The position numbers and the translations under genes are program-made. The notes beneath the pieces are model-generated. The model had not been told where the DNA came from and searched no databases. It was given only the letters and a program-made list of their open reading frames with translations. Shown piece after piece: positions 35,201 through 47,116 of a stretch of 64,000 nucleotides of DNA (position 1 is its first letter; each line of letters opens with the position of its first letter). The stretch covers positions 12,105,480-12,169,479 of the forward strand of contig CM121342.1 of assembly GCA_051530055.1 (NCBI GenBank), given 5' to 3'. Source of the stretch: Neoechinorhynchus agilis. Lineage: Eukaryota > Animalia > Acanthocephala.

Positions 35201-38200
35201 GCTACTTCGGATTCACACGTCGGATAATTCCGACATTTTCCCAATATCTGTCACTGTTTAAGTGTTGTATTCGCAAATAAGTGAATTTAAATCCAAGGTG
35301 GCAAAACTACCAAAAGAAAGAAAAAATGTTATCTTTTCGCAATTTCAAGTATAAAAATATTTTTATTGGAGATTGCATTCCGATGGTCATATATGTTATT
35401 ATTTAGGACGAATATTAAATCGACTGGTTGAATAAGTGATTATCAATTGAAATTAAAAAATAAGCACATAACCATCACAAATCACACGAGATGAGTGTTC
35501 GTTTGAGTCGGTTAGGTGGGATTGTCAACAAATAGGCTGCCTCCCTGGGCACATTTAGGCCAACTACAGGTAATTGGAGGGAAACTTTTGCTTCGTTACC
35601 TTCCAACGTGTCGACCATTTCTATCGACTCTTTTTATAAGTCGATATAATTTTCTCTGTTCTTTGGAGGACAAAACACGACGGAAGGGAAAAATGTGCCT
35701 CCAATTATCTACAGTTTGTCTAAATGACCGAAGGTGACGACCACCCCTAATCGAGCTATACAAAACATTCGAAATATCTCAAATGCACATACCTACATTA
35801 TCCCAATTGACCTTTCCTTTAAAATCGAAATCGTTATCTCTCTTTTTGTCCAGACACATTTCAATAAATAGATCACATTTAGACTTTCTCCCAGGGTACG
35901 AGGTATTAGGAAATCCGAAAGTAGTCACAAGCAATACATTAGGATCACATCGTCCGTTCTAGTTAACTAAAATAACAAGAAGCTTACTAGATAGAGCGAT
36001 TTAACAGTGCTCTTCATGAGCCAGCAACTGTATTCTGGATCGATCATAACTTCTATTTCCAGCGTAAATTTTTTAGTACTATGAAAGGTAATTAAATAAG
36101 ACTAACCTGGAATATATCGAATAGAAGCGTCCATTTCAATTTCGAAAGTTACCACTTGACAAGGCCATATGCAAGCGTTGATCGGTTTGTCAGTTTTCAG
36201 TCCAAGTGGAAGTGACCACTAATAAATACGATTTAGCCTTAGCCTCCTAACAAATCAATGTCAACGAAAATCATTACTCGACTTTTTGCTTTAGGCACCC
36301 AGTTAACCGGTATCTTGGATGAGTCTAAGTGATCGGGGACGAAATACGGTTGAAGGGAAGAAGCAACCCACTGCCGAGTTCCGCCTCCTCGAGAGGTATC
36401 TGAGGATCCGAAAGTCTAAGTGATTAAATCACTTCCCTGGTAAAAAAATATAGCTTATTATTTGGTGATTATAAAAATAGACTATTTTAGTGATCTCAAT
36501 AACCTACACACAACCTGAAGAAGTCCGAAGAGACGGACGAAATATTGAGAATGAATATATCAGTCTCTATTTTTATAATCTTTTTGTAAAGATGTTCATC
36601 ATTTACTTTTTTAAAGCGAATTAAAATAATTGATTGATTGATTTGATAATTTTCGGTCTTCGCATAGGTCTTCTTCAGTCTATTGTTCTCGGAGAAAAAT
36701 ACAAGTAAACTTTTGACCTCTGCTAACAATAGAATTCGCAATCAAAATTTTTATAATCACCAAAGAACAAATAAATGAACAACTTCTTTACATCAAAGCT
36801 ATACGTGGGATGAGTGCCCAAGGAAAATTATCAGCTGAGTAAGAAATGTTTCAAAAACTTAATAATATAATCGGCTTGCAAGTGGATTTAAGAAAAATCA
36901 TTTTACATTGAATGAATTCACGTCCAAAAATAATGCAACCGTTTAATTTCATAGAGAATTGTCCCTGGGGAGAAATGTATATACTTGTTTGGCGAGGTAT
37001 GCCGCCGTTAAATGAATTGTTCAACAATTTATGATGAAATATTTCGTGGGAATAATCCGGCAAACAACCGCAGTATAGATCTTACTGAAGACGTCACCAA
37101 AATAAATTGATGAACAATTAATTCTGAAAAATAAATGTAACAGTTTAAGCACATTTAAGAGTAAATAATACACAACTAACGATTCCAGAGCAGTTTATAA
37201 AAACTGAAGTCTCGATAAATCCCTTATTGGTTTCGATACCAGCGACAGTGTTCGTAACATCCATCTCAAAACTGCTTGTGACAACTCGTTCAATCTCACA
37301 GTTTAAATCAAACTCGACACCTTTAAATAGCGTTTTAAAGAAACACGGAAGCGCGAGAATCAAAAAACACCTTTGAGTTGGGCTTCGTTGTTAAAAGCAG
37401 CCTTAAGTTTTGAAGAATCAACCAATAGATCTCCATCAATACGTAATGCATTCTGAAATGCATCAGAAATTTCTACTGTTCAACAAAAAGCTTTTATACT
37501 TGAATTTGAGAACAATTGACGGAAGGAAACATGTTTTTGAATTCATATCCACTCATAATGTCGGATGAAATGTGAGCTTCTCTTAACATTGATTGAATTC
37601 GCCTATTTTCTATACATCGCTCGCGACTCGATGCAATCGTGTATGACGAATCGCATTTATGTATTCCTAACAAAAAATATGAACCGCACCTTTTAATTGA
37701 ATCATTTAAAATAAACCGCCGCCGTAATTAACGATTCGATGGCGAAACGGAAATAGGGAATCGACAGCCAATTACGTAAAAGTTATGGATTTGCTGGAAG
37801 AATGAAACAATATTACGTCATCGGTCAAACACGAGACCAAACTGGAACTATAAAACCGGAAAACTCCTTCCCACCACCACTAAGGGACGGTTATCATTAG
37901 ACCGGTCTCTTATTAACCCTGAACATTAGAAGATTAAAGGTTATCCAGGATCAACGGTGGACCGTTTGGATTTCCAAGGACACTTGATCGAATCATAGTG
38001 ACAGACGCGAGCCCAAGCAATTTGAAAAGCAACCGATATACGAATGAATCCAGTTTCCCCGAAGAACGCTTTTGGACGAATCCGAGGTGGTTAATGACGA
38101 GTAATAACAATGCAAACGCCCCCCCCCAAGTTATTAACAGAAATATATAGAGCCCTCAAGCTTTTGTTTTTCAAGCAAACTAATAGAGTCGATTATTGGG

Positions 38201-39167
38201 ACGATTTTTTGTAGTGAAATTAATGATTACTAGCTAATAAAGTTGAATTTTGGGACGGATATGCGACTGGGACGGCACGTCGTAGAAAAATCATCAGGAA
38301 TAATCCAGTGCCCGCCCTGGACAAATCCGAGGCGGTCAACGACGAGTAATAACAATGCAAACGATCGCAAGTTATTAACAGATATATAGAGGCCTCAAGC
38401 TTTTGTTTTTCAAGCAAACTAATTAAGTCGATTATTGGAACGGTTTTTCGTAGTGAAATTAATGATTACTAGCAAATAAAGTTGAATATTGGGACGGATA
38501 TGCGACTGGGACAGCACGTCGTAGAAAAATCATCAGGAATAATTCAGTGCCCATCCTGGACGGATCCGAGACGATCAACGACAATTAATAACAATGCAAA
38601 CGCCCCCAAGGTCCCAAAAGAAATATATGGAGCCCTCAAACTTTTGTTTTTCAAGCAAACTAATAATGTCGATTATTGGGACGATTTTTTGTAGTGAAAT
38701 TCATGATTACTAGCTAATAAAGTTGAATATTGGGACGGATATGCGACTGGGACACCACTTCCTAGAAAAATCATCAGGAATAATCCAGTGCCCATCCTGG
38801 ACGAATCCGAGGCGGCCTCGATAATTCTTAAAATTATCTTACCAATGTCATATCCGAGATCTATCATATCCTCATAAAATCTTCGGCTCATCATAGCAAA
38901 TGAAACAGCATCCCGATTAGAATGACGCATTGTGAACAGCCGAGTCTCCGAATGAGCTCGACTGACTTCCTTTGCCTTTCTGCTTACACCACTACCTTTA
39001 ATTGCGACAGAGTTTAAAACCACTGACCTTTCTGACTTGTCCAGAACAAGGACCTTGATGTGAGCTCTATCGGAAATCGCCTTCGCTACCGCAGAACCCA
39101 CTAAGCCATTCCCAGCTATCACTACATCGTATCGGGATATGTATCGAGAAAATCGCAGTGTATTCAT
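32295..39167 (-). CDS. PDPR: PDPR-like FAD-dependent oxidoreductase (sarcosine/dimethylglycine dehydrogenase family), about 15 exons
   Basis: Exons translate to YDVVIAGNGLVG, NCSGI/WSLPLG, NWDNV, MDTFSMD...GEIPK/VKNYFVVGGM, GRPLRISPLYYRL, YSAVKHNVAIADLSG, LENDM, YALLSIMGPNA, RTIRIENG...WGAEL...TPFEC and DVAGHKYP, joined mostly by GT-AG introns. Confidence 0.82.
35135..35340. repeat. Internally deleted fold-back element (7099 family) in a PDPR intron
   Basis: GTCTTCGACGGGGAAAAGTATACTT...CTTAGTTTTGCTAC, CACGTCGGATAATTCCGACATTTTC and CCAAGGTGGCAAAACTA match the 7099-7477 arms. Confidence 0.8.
36515..36550 (+). ncRNA. Degenerate hammerhead-like core
   Basis: CTGAAGA-A-GTCC-GAAGAGAC-GGAC-GAAA-TATT: cores and stem II are intact, but stem I is not supported. 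Confidence 0.3.
37885..38820 (+). repeat. Satellite-bearing dispersed element: unique lead-in plus about three 240 bp units, in PDPR intron 1
   Basis: Lead-in TTATTAACCCTGAACATTAGAAGATTAAAGGTTATCCAG and units GAATCCGAGGCGG...AATAATCCAGTGCCC, both shared with 47117-47975. Confidence 0.93.
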
Positions 39168-39482
39168 TGATTATTAGAAATGTACTTAACACACAAACAC
39201 ATTAAGAAAGGAAAAGCATGGGTTTTAGTCTCCGAAGCGGTATTTCTTGAAAAGAATCCACAAAATAACGTCTTAAGGAAACGCAGGAATAATTGCGAGA
39301 GTTTTATCGTATTTCCTTTCATGTCTGAGTACGGCTCATTAGGTCATTGTGAAAGCGCAGTGCGAATCAGTTCTTTTTTGATCGAAATATAACTAATTGC
39401 CCCAAAAGGGCTTTTAAATCCTAATTAGGTAATACTTTTACGCCTTAGCGCTTTATTTACAATAAATTGTCTTCGATAAAGC

Positions 39483-41039
39483 TTATACAATGTCTTTTGG
39501 TTTGTCAAGGTCGACATATTTTCTCTTTTTCGCTTGTATTCGGTGCAATCGATTGTATTTCCGGACGCGTTCGGCTGCTTTAGTCTGAAAATAGTTACGC
39601 CCATCGACAACCGTCGGAAGATTGTCTGAGGACGGTACAGACTGCTGATTGAACCTGATTTCCATTTCTTGAAGACGTGCAATATCTTCCTCGGTAAGAG
39701 TGTTTTCCTCGACATCTTGAATTAACCGCACCTTCTTCTGAGAGCTTAATTGGCGCTTAAGCTTTTCCAAGGTGCGTTTCCCAACATTAACGTCTGAAGG
39801 AGTACTGTCGGCGGTCAAAAGATCTACACGAGTAACCAAGGCAATTTTCGAAGCGAGTGATCGGCCGAATCGCGATCGCTCTTTCTTTTCACTGATCGAT
39901 TTTAACAATGGAGCGGACGATAACAAAGAACCAATTGGAGGCATTGATCCACCCATCTTCTTAATAATTCCCATTGATTTTTCTAGACCAGCAACTTGAA
40001 AGTCAGATGAAGTCCATTTTTTTAGTTTCTCGCAACTACCGGCTTTTCCAAGAAATCGAGCCGAAGTCAGTTCCCCAATCAGATCAGACAGATTTGGCAA
40101 TAGTGCTCGAGTCTGTGTTTCGATAAATGCTCGAAGTTGATCACGAGAACTAATTGTACCGATTACCTGATCGCAATTTGCTTGAATTTTATCCATTTCA
40201 ACTGGTCTTGAAGGGCACGCAACTAAAATGTTAATCAACCTCTCAATGACGGTATCATCGAGGAATTCGCGAAGAACTGGTCTTGCTGTTCGTATGTTAG
40301 ATTTATCGCCGACAGCTTTTACGAATCGGCAATAATCGAATTGATCGGTAATTATAGACGCAAGCTCAGGAAAGTGCAAACTATATTCATCTCGGATTTT
40401 ATTAGCAACGTCGTTTAATTCTTCGTTCAAAGCATCAAAGAGTTTGATTGCCTTAACGAGTTGTGCGTCATGTCCATAACGGGAAGCTTCAATTCGACAA
40501 GCGGTAAATGTCGAAACTTCTTGGGCTTTCCGCTCGTCAAAATTCTCAAGAACGTCGTCTTCATTGGGCAGAAGAGAACCGAGATGAAGTCGAACAAATC
40601 GAACGAGGCTTAGCATGAAAGGAGGTGCGTTTGATCGAATCCCAGGTATGCGGAGCTCGATTGCGGACGACAGTTTCGGCGAACATGTAAATATTTCCAA
40701 TCCTTCTGGAAATGCTTTAAGTTTTGCTTTGAGGTATCGACGAAGGATTCGAGGACATGATTTGGAACTTTGCGCAATGTGTACGTTCATGGCGCAAGTG
40801 TCGGCCGGAGGTAAATGAAGATCATGTCGTTTGCCTGATTTAAGATACAACGGCTGATCGAAGCTACTCGGGAATCGAATGAAATCCGAATACTCTATAA
40901 CAGCTCGTAGTTTGTCTAAACCACACTGTAAAGTGCGCTCACAGTGAACGTCCTCAATCGATTCACGATCTATGAGAGTGAAAAAAGCGTATCCGACAGC
41001 ACACTCGTAAATCACAAGTTGTTGAACGCTCGTCGACAT
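39483..41039 (-). CDS. Divergent NOP56/NOP58-family (Nop domain) protein, intronless, about 518 aa
   Basis: MSTSVQQLVIYECAVGYAFF (NOP56/58-type N-terminus), KIRDEYSLHFPELASII...DYCR, PNLSDLIGELTSARFLGKAGS...FQVAGLEK, RSLASKIALVTRVD. The upstream 66 codons of the ORF run into a repeat. Confidence 0.8.
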   Translation of the reverse strand: MSTSVQQLVIYECAVGYAFFTLIDRESIEDVHCERTLQCGLDKLRAVIEYSDFIRFPSSFDQPLYLKSGKRHDLHLPPADTCAMNVHIAQSSKSCPRILRRYLKAKLKAFPEGLEIFTCSPKLSSAIELRIPGIRSNAPPFMLSLVRFVRLHLGSLLPNEDDVLENFDERKAQEVSTFTACRIEASRYGHDAQLVKAIKLFDALNEELNDVANKIRDEYSLHFPELASIITDQFDYCRFVKAVGDKSNIRTARPVLREFLDDTVIERLINILVACPSRPVEMDKIQANCDQVIGTISSRDQLRAFIETQTRALLPNLSDLIGELTSARFLGKAGSCEKLKKWTSSDFQVAGLEKSMGIIKKMGGSMPPIGSLLSSAPLLKSISEKKERSRFGRSLASKIALVTRVDLLTADSTPSDVNVGKRTLEKLKRQLSSQKKVRLIQDVEENTLTEEDIARLQEMEIRFNQQSVPSSDNLPTVVDGRNYFQTKAAERVRKYNRLHRIQAKKRKYVDLDKPKDIV

Positions 41040-41222
41040 TCGATTATACTTCTCAAAGGAAAGCGACACACACCAATCGGCACTGATTGTATTATACTCG
41101 TAAGCACGGAAGAATTTATTATTGTTTTTCTTGTCGCCGATTCTCAACAGTTGACTGATTGTATCAAATGCGTACAAAACAACTTTAACCATTTTTAAAA
41201 TGCATTCGTCTTTTACTTTTTT

Positions 41223-41370
41223 AAAGCGAATTATCAAATAATTGATTTATTTGGTAATTTTCGGCTTTCGCGTAGGCCTTCTTCAGTCTATTGTTAGTTA
41301 GTAGGACTAAGGAAGGCCTACGCGAGGGCCGAAAATTACCAAATAAATAAATTCTTTGATAATTCGCTTT
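41223..41370. repeat. Palindromic element (9114 family) with hammerhead-like core on the minus strand
   Basis: AAAGCGAATTATCAAA...TTTTCGGCTTTCGCGTAGGCCTTCTTCAGTC is mirrored by GACTAAGGAAGGCCTACGCGAGGGCCGAAAA...TTTGATAATTCGCTTT. Half copy at 36625-36675. Confidence 0.88.
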
Positions 41371-42199
41371 GCGATCTCCCTTCTCGGGTCGACCGAATGC
41401 AATCCTCAATACAATGTGATTGGCCATTACACGCGAATTAGAACCAAGATTACGGTGCGAGGAAAGGAGAAAATACGGTATGGGCCCTTGTGAGAGAAAA
41501 AAGTACCCGTTTTGTTGAATAAAGTATCTTAATTTTTAGTCTGGCCAGCCGGTAACTTTTGTTCTGTGTTTTAAGTGTAGCTTTTTTCGCGGATGATCGA
41601 TTCATTGGTCAAGGAAGCGCATAAAATCACACCTAATACCCTACTGAACCCTACGACGCGGTTATGAGTTTGTAGCCGGATCCCTCAGGATTCTCAGATA
41701 CCTCCTTCCGGAGAGTAGGCAGGAGACTCATCAGTGAGTTTCCTTCTCCCCTCAACGAGGTATTTCGTTACCTAATGCGCTTCTCTGAACCAGATCGGTG
41801 AGTTGTGTACCCAAGGAAAATTATCAGCTGTGGAAAAAGACCATACATAGATACAAAATATCTTCTGAAATCAACTCGTGATCGACAATAATGGAATATC
41901 GACGAAGACGGTCTACTTTTATATTTTGTTTGATTATATAGAGATTGATTTATCGATTTTCTTTCACGCAATGTTTCGTCTTACTTCTTCAGGTTGCTTT
42001 AAAGATTTTTAAGTGTCCAAAAGCGTCCATATTTTCGTCAAACAATCACAGAATCGAGAAATATTTTAAAATGCGAACTGAATTTTTTTATAGTGAAATG
42101 CAAATCGATATTGATTCGAATTGGAGGATATTATTTACTAAGCTGCGCACGACATTCAAATTTTTTCACCCGATCTCTACAATAATCCTTTCACCTGAT

Positions 42200-42500
42200 C
42201 TCTACAAATTTTACTTCTGTTTTATATTACCATCCCTCACCCATGGTTATCCCGTCTTTTGCAACCTTTCCAAATTTCAATTACGTCGTCTTGATATTCT
42301 TCATAAAATAGCATCTAAAATTTGCACTGCTGACTTTCCCCCTCTCACTGAATGCCTTGATGCTATTTTCATAAAACAATCAAAACGCCTATTAACACTG
42401 CCACCACAATTTCTTCCACATATCGCTCCCTTTTCTCGTGAGCACAACATTCGTAATCCTAATTCGTTTCATCTTCCCTCAACCTCGCACCTCCCTATAC
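42200..42500 (+). mobile_element. 3' remnant of a CR1/L2-type LINE ORF2
   Basis: CFILPSLTHGYPVF...LRRLDILHKIASKI resembles the post-RT I-x-P-x-L-x-Y...L-E-x-I-Q-x-x-A segment. Confidence 0.5.
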
Positions 42501-44107
42501 CTACGCTCCTTTTTCCTTGCTACCCAATCTTCTCGGATATCAGAACTTGAAATGAACCTGAGGAAAGACCCAACCTCACAAGCGCTCCTGCAAGCAATAA
42601 CCACCAATTCCCACAGGAACGGACCTTCCAACCCGACCGTATATTCGCAAACGAACGAACACATTCTCACCCGAACGAACCTCCCCCGACTGGATAATCC
42701 CACTCAAATGGACATCCCTCCGACCAGGTATTACCATCCGAATGGCATCGCTCGACTTGATATTCCCATCCTAGCGGATACGCTTTTTTGGAACAACTGT
42801 GAACATGAATGCTTCTGTAAACTTCATTGCTTATGATAACCCAAGGGTACATGGGTCCTATAGTGTATTTGTTCTTACCAATAAACGTGCTATTATTAAA
42901 AGATTCTGCACTCGCCGCAAGCAAACTAATCGTTGTTGTAGGCAGAATATTAAGCATCTAATGAAATGAAATCGAATATCTCGAAATGAAAGTGAATACT
43001 TTCCCCTGAGAATTATAGTGTGGGAATGTAATAAAATTATTTTGGCAGTTTAAACCCTCATTCTACAGTGGTCAAATGGCTGGAGCGTCCGACTTCAATC
43101 TGGAAAGTCTTCGGTCGATCCCCAAAAACGATTTGATTGTGTCAGGAAAGGCATTTAATATTAAATCCCAATTGTTCCATTAAAGGTACTGCAGCAATGG
43201 AGGTACCTTCCCATCCCCGAATGAAAATGAATACTTTCCCGATAGTATTAATAGTCTGGAAGTAAACTAAAAGGATTTTGACATTTTTCAACCCTCATTC
43301 AACAGTTTCTATGTTTTCCAAACAAACGTTTGAAATCGTAAAAATTGATTTGAACTTAGTTGGACGGTCTCTTGTGACGCTCCTCTATAAATTCCAAATA
43401 ATGAGTTACAATTGAGCGTCGTTTAGGTAAACACAGCTCAAATTACGGGGACAATATTAATGAACTAGAAACAATTTATTTTAATCTTCTCTAACAGTAG
43501 ATTTCAATTCAACATCATCACTTTTCGAAATTTGCATAATGATGTAGAACTTTGCTCATTTGTATAAAATTCTTCTTAAACTCATTACTATCATCTCGCA
43601 GGACGCGTTCGAATTTAATCATTTTCGTAATATATATGAAAATATTCTTAATGATTCATCGATCTAAACAATCTTCAAGCTGTGTTTTAAATAGCAAAGC
43701 GACATGGCAATTGACGCGGAGGAAGCCATTAGACGGCTAAAGCTTGAAAATAAAGATTTTATTTTTCTCCATTATTTATCGGAAATAGCAACTTCATTGC
43801 CACTTTAGTCGATATCACCATCTATTACTTTAGCCGAATTAAAAATTGTAACAAAGCTATTTCGAGCGGTTAAGATCTGAGCCATCCAGACAAATTAAAA
43901 AATTTCTATTGCTAAACGGAAATCGCCGAGCTTCATAAGAACTGACTTAGTGCAATATTTTTCGAATCTGGATCGCGTTACAATTAATTTTTCAAGGCAT
44001 TGCATTCCTACGTGGTGAACTAGGTAAAATCGATGACATTCCGTCCGCTTGAAAACTTTGCTGCTTAACAGCAAATGCTCGTGGAAATAAAAGTTTTCAA
44101 GTCAGGA

Positions 44108-45596
44108 TTACATGATGCGACGCAACCGAATCGGATCCGGAACTGCGGAGAGTGAAACGTTACTTAGTGAACAGTTGGCCGTTGACCGTACCTCGAGAGT
44201 TGAGTCAATGTTCCTCTCGGAGACACGAATTATCGTTAAAGGGCGGAGTAATCTTGTGGTTGCAGCGTCTAGTGATTCTTCAGGCATTGAAAGTAAAGCA
44301 CTGGATGTCGTGCATATGGGACACCCAGGAATCTCAGCGATGAGGGACCTTACGAGATAGTACTGTCGGTGGCCCACCCTCCGTGAGGACATCGAACACA
44401 AGCTGGGAATGTGCGAAGGTTGTCAAAGCAGGAGACCTGATTCCGCGGAAACCGAAATTATATCCGATAACGGACCACCCTTTCAACGGGCTCAATTCGA
44501 GCAATTCTGTTCCGCGAATGGGATTCAAGCACATTCGCGTATCTCCATACCATCCGCAAACAATTGGATTGGTAGAAGGTTCATCGGGATTTTCAAGCGA
44601 CGGGTGGAGATCAGTAGTGATCGCTCTAAGAATTCGTTATCGATTCAACAATTTCTCTTGAGCTACCGGAACACCTCTTACAATACAAGCCAGAAAACAC
44701 CAGCCGAGGTATTACTTTCGATCGGATACGTCCTGACTTACGATCGACTGTAAGGAGGAGGAGAAATAAGTAGAAAATGGCACATGATGAACGATCCGAA
44801 GTCAAAGTATTCACTCCTTCGGATAGCGTGTGGGTTCGTGATCGACGCTTAAATATATTTTCAGTTTCAATTAGCGATGCTTGATTAAGAAAATAGATTT
44901 ATCTTGAAAAATTTTCGGTCTTTTCGTTGGCTTCTTCAGTCAATCTACAATTTAAAAGAAGCATGGTCAAATAGTTTATCCGGTGTGACTCGCAGACTGA
45001 GTTTGTAGTCAGCCTTGTTGCCAACAAAAGTATCTGTTTGCTGGATCATGATGGCATATATGGAGATAAGGGACCATTGCAGATCAAAGTGCATGGACTT
45101 CTTACAATGTAAAGAGTCAGGGTGTAAAAACAAGAAGACACGGAACGGACCTAAGTAAACGGTTAGTCGGCGAAGAATGTGCCGAAAAACAGAACGAAAT
45201 ACCATCAAATGTTAGGCAAGACAGGTAGGAATCCAACAAAGACGACAAGACTCATGATGTAACGAGAAGAGCACAAGATGAAGATATGGCAAAGGCGACT
45301 CCACCAATCACGCTACCAAGACGAGGTTCAAGGGAGCGTAGGCCGCATCAGAGGTATGATAACCAAAAAGAAAGAGAAGATGTGATGCGCGCCAAGTATC
45401 GATCGGCGCACAATTAAAATATACACATTATACCGTTGTGCACATATCGATCGGCGTCATGAGTATATAAATGAACACGGTGTGTGAGGGTTAGTGAGAG
45501 ATCGTAAAAAAAACTAGTTATGTCGGACATTACACATGAGTCCTTTTCTTTGTTAATTAAAAAATAAACGTGTCATTAAGGCCTTTTAAAAATACA
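44108..45596 (+). mobile_element. Degenerate Ty3/gypsy-type LTR retrotransposon 3' end (integrase, PPT, LTR)
   Basis: HMGHPGISAMR zinc-binding motif, IISDNGPPF, FLLSYRNT...TPAEVL; purine tract AAAAGAAAGAGAAGA directly followed by TGTGATG at 45381; putative LTR with TATA-like and AATAAA motifs ending ...AATACA at 45596. Confidence 0.8.
44904..44943 (-). ncRNA. Hammerhead-like motif in a half copy of the 9114 palindrome
   Basis: TTGA-CTGAAGA-A-GCC-AACGAAAA-GACC-GAAA-ATTTT-TCAA. Stem I TTGA/TCAA covaries with CTGA/TCAG of the 9217 copy; stem II is imperfect. Confidence 0.35.
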
Positions 45597-45961
45597 ACGA
45601 TTATTGCTTAAGATATCTATCATTCTATGCTCTTAGGAATCGAATTCCAATGTTCAGCACTGTTCGAACACATACAAGTTTTCGGTAAGATAAATTTTTG
45701 AAGTTGTTTTTCGCAGTGAGAGTTTGTTTGCGATGATGTTTTATCCGTGGCGATGAGTATGATCACCACATTTGCGAATGAGCAAATTACGAAAAAAAGT
45801 TTTAGTTGCGAGTCTTTTGAACACTAACAATGCGTGAGTAAGAACTGATTCTTTCCTTTAAATGATAAAGGAACTGAAAAGTAGAGAAGATGTTATGTCA
45901 AACACTACTGCTCTTTCTTATTTCGAAGTGCTGGATTGCACTGAATTTCCACAAAGTTCTA

Positions 45962-47032
45962 CTAGTCAGATAAATCATCGTAATGGACGTAATCGGAGTT
46001 GTAGTAGACTTGTGGCACATCTAAATCTTGTTCAGTTTGACCTGCATATGCGTTGTACATTACATACATGAATGGATCTTCTTCCTCTTGGTCTTCCTCT
46101 AATTCGTCAGTTAGATACGAGGGGTCAGTCTCATATACCGAAGATTCAGCCGTGCCGCTTAATTCCTCGTCTTCAGAAACCGATTCCGTATCACTTTCTT
46201 CGTCTGCATTAGAGACTACAAACAAATCAGAGTCTTCATTCTCCGAGTTTTCATCATCAGACCAACAGTCAGAAGCGTCATCGTCGTCGTCGTCGGTATC
46301 AGCCTGCGGTTCTTCATTGGAATCTAATGACGAAACGGCACTGCTCACAGAATGTTCATAGGATATATCACTAATACTAAGTTCCCTATCATCTTCATCC
46401 ATATCTACATCTTCATCTTGGGAAAAGTCATTTAGATCAGCGATATCTTGACTTGAATGGGGCCAAATGGTAAGTGGATAGCTCACATCACTCATGTATC
46501 CATTGTCAACGTTCGCTTCCATTGGCGCCTGATGTTCGTACAGAACTTCCTCTTCGTTCATGAATTCATCATCGTCGTACTCGCTGTCTTCGTCGTCTTC
46601 ATAATACCAAGAATGAGTGTAGGGACAACTGGTGCCGTATATACATTCCATTTCGGTCAAATTGTACGGACACTCCATGATACTTAAAGCTTTGGCATGT
46701 TCAATCATTAGATTTTGTTTTTCTGGACCATTGGGTAAATATCGCTTCGAACGAGCTATTACACAACAGATTCGCCTACAGCAAGGACACGATTGATGAT
46801 TCTGAGTGAGGGAAAGTTGACGCCATTGCTGGATACATTCAATGCAGAACTGGTGGTCGCAACAATCCAATAAGCCGTATTCTTTAATTGTATCCAGACA
46901 AACCCCACATTTGTGTCGTGCCATTCGACAATCTTGAACGTGGTCGTCACATAAACGGAGTGTTCGACCGGAATAGTGAAATTCTGTCTCAGAAAACACG
47001 TCATTCACAGACAATGAAAACTTGAGGACCAT
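45962..47032 (-). CDS. Makorin-like RING plus CCCH protein with a long acidic tail, 356 aa
   Basis: CGVCLD...YGLLDCCDHQFCIECIQQWR...SCPCCR RING followed by CPY...CIYGTSCPYTH, which is the makorin C-terminal architecture. Confidence 0.8.
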   Translation of the reverse strand: MVLKFSLSVNDVFSETEFHYSGRTLRLCDDHVQDCRMARHKCGVCLDTIKEYGLLDCCDHQFCIECIQQWRQLSLTQNHQSCPCCRRICCVIARSKRYLPNGPEKQNLMIEHAKALSIMECPYNLTEMECIYGTSCPYTHSWYYEDDEDSEYDDDEFMNEEEVLYEHQAPMEANVDNGYMSDVSYPLTIWPHSSQDIADLNDFSQDEDVDMDEDDRELSISDISYEHSVSSAVSSLDSNEEPQADTDDDDDDASDCWSDDENSENEDSDLFVVSNADEESDTESVSEDEELSGTAESSVYETDPSYLTDELEEDQEEEDPFMYVMYNAYAGQTEQDLDVPQVYYNSDYVHYDDLSD

Positions 47033-47116
47033 TTTCCAATTGCTTATTTGAACAGAATTTTCGACTTGAAAACAAGCAAAAAGTTAAAACGAAGACCGAA
47101 TGTCAAAACGAAGAAA

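Noticed and set aside
35880-35992. PDPR junction after SLYL lacking an obvious in-frame AG
   Set aside because: No terminal inverted repeat. A canonical solution (GTAAGC...GAAAAG after a CTAAT branch point) or a 1 nt assembly error can explain it, so it is not counted among the hairpin inserts.
36851-37063. ORF initially taken as a PDPR exon
   Set aside because: The exon at about 36208-36108 (WSLPLGLK...) continues NCSGI with better homology and correct phase, leaving this ORF intronic.
41040-41237. 66-codon N-terminal extension of the 584 aa Nop-domain ORF
   Set aside because: It begins inside a palindromic repeat shared with 36625-36675; family similarity starts at MSTSV (41039).
44945-45208. 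ORF with a Walker-A-like KKSMHFDL segment inside the LTR element
   Set aside because: No GxxxxGK motif; probably noise.
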